Positions 23,005-31,176 of a stretch of DNA of 59,262 nucleotides are shown here, one piece after another. Numbering within the stretch: position 1 is the stretch's first letter; each line of letters opens with the position of its first letter. Location: the NCBI RefSeq assembly GCF_000315625.1, contig NW_005434446.1, positions 1 to 59,262 on the forward strand. Reading direction: 5' to 3'. A model generated the notes under the pieces. That model was not told the DNA's origin. It did not search any database and saw only the letters and a list, made by a program, of their open reading frames with translations. The position numbers and the translations under genes were made by a program. Source of the stretch: Guillardia theta CCMP2712. Its lineage: Eukaryota; Protista; Cryptophyta.

Positions 23005-23618
23005 ACGTCTACAGCAAAACGCAAACTTTGGGTTTATTCTTCTTGTGGTGCAATCCTGTGCAGCAAAAACGCAAACTTTCGATTTATTTTGAAAAACAAC
23101 ATTTTTGCAAGTATCAAAAACACGCACCCCTTCTTCATATTGCAAACTCACACCCCTCCTTCGAAACGGTTACGCGAAGTTCACGATGAGTAACAGTCGC
23201 AATGCAATCTTGAGCAACAAAAAAACGCACCCTTTCGATAATATCTAGATGATTGGTTTCCGGTATTGTTTGATGATTGTTTCGCGCCCTTTATTCCGTG
23301 CGTATGATGTCTATCAAATGGAGTAGCAATCCCGATATTATGGTGGACTCTATGATGATCAATATGAGCATGATGAGCATGGCTGTGTTTATTGTATCCA
23401 TGGGATGGTGCGATATTGTGCAGAACACTGTTTCATTGTCGTCTGGATAGGGATATACTGTTGTTGCTCAAGAAACCGAAACATATGGGTGTGTAGTAAA
23501 CCCCATGTGAAGGCCTTCAAGTCAAACCACTGCCCAGATCCAGCAAAGGTAACCCTGTTCCACTATCCCAGGGGTATGGTACCAAAAATACTACCCCCCG
23601 GGGGTCAAAAATTTTTCA

Positions 23619-23745
23619 TCACGCTACCGACGTCACGTTACCGACACAACGTTGCAAACGTCACGCTACCGACGTCACGTTACCGACACAACGTTGCAAA
23701 CGTCACGCTACCGACGTCACGTTACCGGCACAACGTTACAAACAT
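23619..23745. repeat. 3 x 42-bp repeat built from 14-bp subunits (TCACGYTACCGAC-like)
   Basis: Directly visible; follows a second copy of the ~60-bp block at 22694-22752. Confidence 0.9.
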
Positions 23746-24108
23746 TACGTTACTAACAGAGGTTGTCAGGACACCCAGGAACGGGTGTCGGTTATTGGAT
23801 ATCGGTTAACGTTTTGGATAGGGATTATCGTCATGTTACCGGCCCACGTGACCGGCGTCACGCTACCGCATCACGTTACCAACGTACGTTTTCAAAAAAA
23901 ACAGGTATCGGTTATTGGATATCGGTTAACGTTTTGGATGAGGATAAGGATAAGGATAAAGAACGCCTGAGCGTGTGTAGTAAAACCCCTGTGGTAAACA
24001 TTGATATAGAGCCTTCACGTCCAACCACTACCCAGATCCACACACGACTTCAAAGCCAAAGTCAAAGCCAAAGTCAAAGCCAAAGCCAAAGCCAGAGCCA
24101 ACTTCAAG

Positions 24109-24711
24109 ATGACGAGGATGATGACTTCTGCTACTTCTACTGCTACTTCTACTGCTACTTCTACTGCTACTTCTACTGCTACTTCTACCGCCACCACCAC
24201 GGTGAGGGATGCAATCCTTTCAAGGATGAGGTTCAGCTCTATCCAATCGAGGGTGATTGTCAAGGGCATGGTTGGGGCGATTGCCGCGGCCCACTCGAGG
24301 GGTGAGATCGGCATCGAATTCATGGGTGGTGGGGCCTTCCATTTGGTTGGGAGCAGGGTGATCCTGAGGCATCCCGGGGGATCCTCGAGATCCGGGCCCG
24401 GCATGGATGCCCATGACATCGACCTGAGGGATAGGGATCTGATCATGGGCGCACGGATCGCCGCGGAGTTCCTTATGGTATGCAGGGATTCGAGGAAGTT
24501 CATCCGTGGCATGGATGATGTCCTCCTGGGGAGCGATGTCTACATCGATATCGATGAGTATGTGCCGGAGCGTTGGGCGCATAAGAACAGGAGGTTCTGC
24601 CATGCCGTCCTGCTTGCGGTCTACACCGTTGTGATGAACCCGGTCTTCGAGGGGTACTCTTGCATCTTCAACCTGCCATTGGATGTCTGCGAGTGCGATG
24701 CCGGATTCTGA
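24109..24711 (+). CDS. Hypothetical 200-aa protein with N-terminal (TATS)n repeat
   Basis: Intronless ORF with a 12-bp in-frame repeat and a globular-looking remainder. Confidence 0.6.
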   Translation: MTRMMTSATSTATSTATSTATSTATSTATTTVRDAILSRMRFSSIQSRVIVKGMVGAIAAAHSRGEIGIEFMGGGAFHLVGSRVILRHPGGSSRSGPGMDAHDIDLRDRDLIMGARIAAEFLMVCRDSRKFIRGMDDVLLGSDVYIDIDEYVPERWAHKNRRFCHAVLLAVYTVVMNPVFEGYSCIFNLPLDVCECDAGF

Positions 24712-25105
24712 GCGCCCCTCCTGGGTTTAGGGTTTAGGCTGTTGATTTTAATTTTCGAACTTTGTATCACTTAGTTAGCCAATAGGCTTCTCCAATCTTG
24801 TGTCGTTTTGTGATGAATACATTCAAACCCGAGAGCCGACCCATTTATTTGTTTTTCAAACAAGAAAGCAAATACGACCAAGCAGATATTACCAACGGTG
24901 TACACCGCTTGCCATGGGATTTGATATGTTTTTGTGGTTGCGAGCTCTGTGATGCCCCAAGGGGCCACATTGATATAGGTTGGTCTGTGGCATGTGCCCG
25001 CTTGGCGTGCAGGGGCGGCCCTGAGGGCCGCCATGCTACGCGGTCCTTTTGCCAGATTTGATGATTGTTCAAGTGATAGATTGCCAGGGTGTCCCTTGAG
25101 CCATC

Positions 25106-25324
25106 AGCTTGAGCTTGAGCTTGAGCTTGAGCTTGAGCTTGAGCTTGAGCTTGAGCTTGAGCTTGAGCTTGAGCTTGAGCTTGAGCTTGAGCTTGAGCTT
25201 GAGCTTGAGCTTGAGCTTGAGCTTGAGCTTGAGCTTGAGCTTGAGCTTGAGCTTGAGCTTGAGCTTGAGCTTGAGCTTGAGCTTGAGCTTGAGCTTGAGC
25301 TTGAGCTTGAGCTTGAGCTTGAGC
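25106..25324. repeat. (GAGCTT)~36 microsatellite
   Basis: Directly visible perfect hexamer run. Confidence 0.97.
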
Positions 25325-25337
25325 CATCATCTTGAGC

Positions 25338-25813
25338 TCTCCCAGCTGCCCGGGCTTTGGGGTCAATCCAGGCATCGCATTGGGCAATGCAAAAATGCGC
25401 CCACATCCAGTCATGATGATTTACCAACCGATAACCTTATCCTGCCCACAATCAACGGGGCGCATGATATCAAACGGTCAGCATTGATGATCTCAAGGGG
25501 TCATACCCATGACTCCCAGCTGCCCGGGCTTTGGGGTCAATCCAGGCATCTCATTGGGCAAATGCAAAAATGTGCCCACATCCAATCATGATGATTTACC
25601 AACCGATGATATCAAACGGTCAGCATTGATGATCTCAAGGGGTCATACCCATGACTCCCAGCTGCCCGGGCTTTGGGGTCAATCCAGGCATCTCATTGGG
25701 CAAATGCAAAAATGTGCCCACATCCAGTCATGATGATTTACCAACCGATGATATCAAACGGTCAGCATTGATGATCTCAAGGGGTCATACCCATGACTCC
25801 CAGCTGCACGGGC
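25338..25813. repeat. ~3.3 x 142-bp tandem repeat
   Basis: gactcccagctgc recurs at 25511, 25653 and 25795. Confidence 0.9.
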
Positions 25814-26081
25814 TTTTTGTGTCCAAATGATCCAAAGTGGGGGCGCATGATATCAAACGGTCACATACCAAATTTACACCCTCAGTAGTGAACGTCGGGG
25901 CGCATCATTTTAACGGGTCATACCAAATTTACACTTGCAGTACCGCATTCCTTTTCCACGTACCAACCATCATGGTGCTGAAAAAAACTTTAGAGGGTTA
26001 TTATTTCAAGGCCAGAGGATCGATCATCCTCGCATAGGACACGCACGCACACAAAGAACAATCAAAGACACGAGAGGCATC

Positions 26082-27017
26082 ATGAGCCAACACTCAAACG
26101 TCGACCCCAACCTCATCACCACCAAGTATCCATCCACCCCCTCAATCTATAATGTTCGGGGGGCGTGCGATGCATTGAACATCGAATGGTCATCCAAAGC
26201 CCCCAATGAATTGAACATCAGGGTCTTCACAAGAACGAAGCGTGGGGTGGCATACCTCTGGGACAAGAGAGGTTTGAAGTTCTTGACAAGGAGCAGGATG
26301 GATGCATTGATCATGTTCCCATTGGGGGATGTTGCAGGGATGCTGGGGATCTGTCGAACGACAATGAAGAGGGCCTGCAGGAGACTTGGGATCAAGAGGT
26401 GGCTATGCAGGCCCAATCCGGGGAAAGGGACGCCGTGGGATGGATCGTGTGAGGGAACCAACGATGGATCCTTCCAGGGATACTTCAAGGGATCCTCCCA
26501 GGGAGCCAACGAGGGATCCTTCCAGGGAGCCAACGAGGGATCCTTCCAGGGAGCCAACGATGGATCCTTCCAGGGAGCCAACGATGGATCCTTCCAGGGA
26601 GCCAACGATGGATCCTTCCAGGGAGCCAACGAGGGATCCTTCGAGAGATCCTTCCAGGGAGCCATCCATGGAGCCTTCCAGGGAGCCAACGATGGATCCT
26701 TCCAGGGAGCCGACGAGGGAGCCAACGATGGATCCTTCCAGGGAGCCGACTATGGATCCTTCCAGGGAGCCGACTATGGATCCTTCCAGGGAGCCGACGA
26801 GGGAGCCAACGATGGATCCTTCCTGGGAGCCGACGAGGGAGCCAACGATGGATCCTTCCAGGGAGCCGACTATGGATCCTTCCAGGGAGCCGACGATGGA
26901 TCCTTCCAGGGAGCCGACGAGGGAGCCAACGATGGATCCTTCCAGGGAGCCGACGAGGGAGCCAACGATGGATCCTTCCAGGGAGCCTACTATGGATCCT
27001 TCCAGGGAGCCGACTAG
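26082..27017 (+). CDS. RWP-RK domain protein followed by (GANDGSFQ)n repeats; repeat tail decays to ~27665
   Basis: FPLGDVAGMLGICRTTMKRACRRLGIKRWLCR fits the RWP-RK pattern, with RWP changed to RWL. Confidence 0.75.
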   Translation: MSQHSNVDPNLITTKYPSTPSIYNVRGACDALNIEWSSKAPNELNIRVFTRTKRGVAYLWDKRGLKFLTRSRMDALIMFPLGDVAGMLGICRTTMKRACRRLGIKRWLCRPNPGKGTPWDGSCEGTNDGSFQGYFKGSSQGANEGSFQGANEGSFQGANDGSFQGANDGSFQGANDGSFQGANEGSFERSFQGAIHGAFQGANDGSFQGADEGANDGSFQGADYGSFQGADYGSFQGADEGANDGSFLGADEGANDGSFQGADYGSFQGADDGSFQGADEGANDGSFQGADEGANDGSFQGAYYGSFQGAD

Positions 27018-27665
27018 GGATCCTTCCATGGATCCTTCCATGGATCCTTCCAGGGATCCACGATGGATCCTTCCAGGGAGCCAACGATGGATCCTTCCAG
27101 GGAGCCGACTATGGATCCTTCCAGGTGAGCCGACTATGGATCCTTCCAGGGAGCCAACGATGGATCCTTCCAGGGAGCCAACGATGGATCCTTCCAGGGA
27201 GCCGACGATGGATCCTTCCAGGGAGCCGACTATGGATCCTTCCAGGGAGCCGACGAGGGAGCCAACGATGGATCCTTCCAGGGAGCCCGACTATGGATCC
27301 TTCCAGGGAGCCAACGAGGGATCCTTCCAGGGGATCCTTCCAGGGAGCCAACGATGGATCCTTCCAGGGAGCCAACGATGGATCCTTCCAGGGATCCTTC
27401 CAGGGAGCCAACGATGGATCCTTCCAGGGAGCCAACGATGGATCCTTCCAGGGAGCCAACGATGGATCCTTCCAGGGGAGCCAACGATGGATCCTTCCAG
27501 GGAGCCAACGATGGATCCTTCCAGGGAGCCGACTATGGATCCTTCCAGGGAGCCGACGAGGGAGCCAACGATGGATCCTTCCTGGGAGCCGACGAGGGAG
27601 CCAACGATGGATCCTTCCAGGGAGCCGACTATGGATCCTTCCAGGGAGCCGACGAGGGAGCCAAC
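26440..27665. repeat. 24-bp (12-bp subunit) tandem array GGATCCTTCCAGGGAGCCAACGAT
   Basis: Directly visible, ~1.2 kb, with indels in the distal half. Confidence 0.95.
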
Positions 27666-28110
27666 ATCACAAAATTCATTCCCACTATCGGGATGTGAAA
27701 CTGGGATTCCCTGGGGAATCCTTTTGTTGTATATAGGTTAAAATCTCAAATCTTGTGTCCAATTCGCCATCATGCTATGCACCCCAAGCGGCCACGATGA
27801 TGATTCTCAAGACCTCAAGACAGTCATCGTTTCATGGTTGCATTGATGCCTCGAGATACCAACGGAGTCTCAACAGCGGCGCGGATGCCATCATTCTATG
27901 TCACACACAAGATTCCCTGCATGCCTTGTCCTGTTGCCGCTAACCCGCCGCGTAGCATGGCGGCCCTCCGTAAATCCACCTCCGTACATCCAGCCCATAT
28001 ATGCCACAAAATATTGGCTAAGTGACAATTGCCACAAAATATTGGCTAAGTGACACTCGATGGGCCGCAGTGACAAAAACAATTCAAAACACAAGATTTC
28101 AGATTTTATT

Positions 28111-28596
28111 TCAACTCCTGTCACTTAGATTACACACATCCTGCTCCCAACCAAACCTGTGTGGGTTCTCCATGAGATCAAAGAGCGTCTCTTGGCAGAA
28201 CCACGTATCGTTCAGCTCGATGTGCCATTGGACCTCCTCTTGCGCCTCCAATAGGAACGCCTGATCATCGAGCTCCTTGGCCGCTGCAGCCCTTCGCACG
28301 CTTGTAGACTCGGTCTTGACCCTGGCCTTGCGCAAGGTGCTCACAATGGCCATCTCCACAAACCCATCCAACATCTTGACCACACCCTCCCTATTGAAGC
28401 TCGAACCGGCAACAACAAACCTGGCACGCCTCCCATACACATGGCGGCTTCGACGCATAGCAGACGGCGCGATCATGATGGGGATAGATATTTTACAAGA
28501 CAAAAAAGGAACGTGAAACAATCTGCATGTGGGGCCCCAACATTCCCATTGCCCATAATAAGGGGATGGGGTCTTTACCACAGGGGGGAGCCCCAC
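28111..28596 (-). CDS. Hypothetical protein (~120-160 aa)
   Basis: ORF with a non-repetitive, protein-like C-terminal part, ending at a CTAAGTGAC motif. Confidence 0.5.
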   Translation of the reverse strand: MGLPPVVKTPSPYYGQWECWGPTCRLFHVPFLSCKISIPIMIAPSAMRRSRHVYGRRARFVVAGSSFNREGVVKMLDGFVEMAIVSTLRKARVKTESTSVRRAAAAKELDDQAFLLEAQEEVQWHIELNDTWFCQETLFDLMENPHRFGWEQDVCNLSDRS

Positions 28597-28689
28597 CCCC
28601 CCACCCCTTGATATTCAGCCTCACACACCCGCCAGGAGGGGGTAAAAAAAGACGGTTGGCTTATCCCAAAAACCCTATCCGTATTTTTT

Positions 28690-29997
28690 TTGCAACGCCC
28701 GTTTATATGCGGTTTGGATAACAAGGATAAGGTCAGCAACAACCGCCAACCGATCGGCTGCAATCATAACCGCCGCCCCTCCCTGTTTTTTACCGGGATG
28801 ATGTTTATAAACCCTAGGGGATACCCACACCACCAAAAAAACATGTGCCGTGTAAAGACAATCACACACCACAAGAACAAACGCACACTCGCCGATCTTG
28901 ATCCTGTCCTCACCCCCAATGATGACATCAACCTCGATATATTCCAACCCCCAATCACACGATCGAAACACAACCCATGCAATGATCTTGCAATCGATTT
29001 CTTGACCGGTAAAATCACACTCGATGATATCATGATACAATCCATCGATCAATACCAGCCCAAACAGCAACACATGCAACAACACATGCAACAACACATG
29101 CAACAACACATGCAACAACACATGCAACAACACATGCAACAACACATGCAACAACACATGCAACAACACATGCAACAACACATGCAACAACACATGCAAC
29201 AACACATGCAACAACACATGCAACAACACATGCAACAACACATGCAACAACACAAACACAATCACAAAATGCACAGTCACAACACCATCGATCAGATCCC
29301 CATGCACATGCAATACTCAAGCGATCCCGAGCAAGACACCGAAACACACCACGATTACATCACCGGAATTGTGCCCAATCCCGATCCAGATCACGATCCA
29401 GATCACAATCCAGATCCAGATCCCGATTCACATCCCGATTCAGGTCTCGATTCACATCCCGATTCAGGTCTCGATTCACATCCCGATTCAGGTCTCGATT
29501 CACATCCCGATTCAGGTCTCGATTCAGGTCTCGATTCAGGTCTCGATTCAGGTCTCGATTCAGGTCTCGATTCAGGTCTCGATTCACATCCCGATTCAGG
29601 TCTCGATTCAGGTCTCGATTCAGGTCTCGATTCAGGTCTCGATTCAGGTCTCGATTCAGGTCTCGATTCAGGTCTCGATTCAGGTCTCGATTCAGGTCTC
29701 GATTCAGGTCTCGATTCAGGTCTCGATTCAGGTCTCGATTCAGGTCTCGATTCAGGTCTCGATTCAGGTCTCGATTCAGATCTCGATTCAGATCCCGATT
29801 CAGGTCTCGATTCAGGTCTCGATTCAGGTCTCGATTCAGGTCTCGATTCAGGTCTCGATTCAGGTCTCGATTCAGGTCTCGATTCAGATCCAAACACAGA
29901 TTCTGATTCTGACACAGATTCTGACACAGATTCCCATCCATTTTCCGATCAATTTTCCGATCCATTTTCCGATTCCGAACCCGAGACCCTCCAATGA
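28690..29997 (+). CDS. Hypothetical low-complexity protein with (QQHM)n and (DSGL)n repeats
   Basis: 435-codon ORF kept open through two 12-bp repeat expansions. Confidence 0.55.
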   Translation: MQRPFICGLDNKDKVSNNRQPIGCNHNRRPSLFFTGMMFINPRGYPHHQKNMCRVKTITHHKNKRTLADLDPVLTPNDDINLDIFQPPITRSKHNPCNDLAIDFLTGKITLDDIMIQSIDQYQPKQQHMQQHMQQHMQQHMQQHMQQHMQQHMQQHMQQHMQQHMQQHMQQHMQQHMQQHMQQHMQQHKHNHKMHSHNTIDQIPMHMQYSSDPEQDTETHHDYITGIVPNPDPDHDPDHNPDPDPDSHPDSGLDSHPDSGLDSHPDSGLDSHPDSGLDSGLDSGLDSGLDSGLDSGLDSHPDSGLDSGLDSGLDSGLDSGLDSGLDSGLDSGLDSGLDSGLDSGLDSGLDSGLDSGLDSGLDSDLDSDPDSGLDSGLDSGLDSGLDSGLDSGLDSGLDSDPNTDSDSDTDSDTDSHPFSDQFSDPFSDSEPETLQ

Positions 29998-30059
29998 GGA
30001 GACCATAGATGGATGAACGAGGAATATGCAACCGACGCCATCACCCACGCAAACACCTG

Positions 30060-30987
30060 CGTTCTCACAAGCCCGATCTGAGCCGCCCCGGACGTGATTC
30101 GCTGCATATGTGTAATACTAGTACCCCGCCATACCCTATAAAAAAACTGCACACAAAACACACACGCCCCTCTCCCCACCCTATACAGGACTCTACTCTT
30201 TGATGGCCTCGAAGTTCTTGCCCCAAAGGCTGTCCGCTATCGTTGCGTATATGTAATCCACACACGTTCTTTACTCCAACCCATACATTCACGCATATTT
30301 ATTTGTTCCGTACACAGGACATTTTGGTGGTCTCGAAGTTTGTGAGCGATTCATTGAAAGACTGCGTTCTCGCCATGCCGTTCTGAGCCGCCCCGGACGT
30401 AAATCGCTCCCCCCCAGGCTGTCCGGCGATTTGCTATTAGTTCCGTACACAGGACATTTTGGTGTTTGTGAGCGATTCATTGAAAGACTGCGTTCTCGCC
30501 ATGCCGTTCTGAGCCGCCCCGGACGTAAATCGCTCCCCCCCAGGCTGTCCGGCGATTTGCTATTAGTTCCGTACACAGGACATTTTGGTGTTTGTGAGCG
30601 ATTCATTGAAAGACTGCGTTCTCGCCATGCCGTTCTGAGCCGCCCCGGACGTAAATCGCTCCCCCCCAGGCTGTCCGCTGTCGTTGGATATGTGTAATAC
30701 TAGTACCCCGCCATACCCTATAAAAAAACTGCACACAAAACACACACGCCCCTCTCTCTCCCGTATAACAGTACAGGACTCTTTGTATCGTTGCGTATAT
30801 GTAATCCACACACGTTCTTTACTCCAACCCATACATTCACGCATACTTATTTGTTCCGTACACAGGACATTTTGGTGGTCTCGAAGTTTGTGAGCGATTC
30901 ATTGAAAGACTGCGTTCTCACCATGCCGTTCTGAGCCGCCCCGGACGTAAATCGCTCCCCCCCAGGCTGTCCGGCGATTTGCTATTA
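30060..30987. repeat. 126-bp tandem repeat within a larger ~550-600-bp-offset duplication at the island's right edge
   Basis: tgtgagcgattcattgaaagac at 30341, 30467, 30593 and ~30888. Confidence 0.9.
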
Positions 30988-31176
30988 TACGTGTTTTAAC
31001 TTTCTTACATCCTATTGAAAATCAATTGTATACTATAAATTTTTTATAAAATCGAATCGTTCTCACCGGCATGATTCGAGTCCCCTGCCTCCCTCCTTCA
31101 TTCGACTACCCCTACCCGCTATTTGCCTACATCCCCAAATCTCCACCTACCCCACCCTCTGTTCTCAACCTCCGCA

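Larger units (their letters stand above)
12727..31050. mobile_element. Intronless, decaying virus-like gene island (putative endogenous large DNA virus or extrachromosomal element fragment)
   Basis: Dense intronless ORFs on both strands, shared 5' and 3' motifs, frameshifts and repeat expansions, unlike the intron-rich genes after 31 kb. No capsid, polymerase or packaging ATPase was recognised. Confidence 0.5.

Noticed and set aside
24845-25591. Poly-AQ, poly-S, poly-LE and poly-SL ORFs
   Set aside because: All are readings of one stop-free (GAGCTT)n run; no frame can be preferred from sequence alone.
31060-31095. tRNA-like TTCGAGTCCC
   Set aside because: No D-arm, anticodon arm or acceptor stem can be built.
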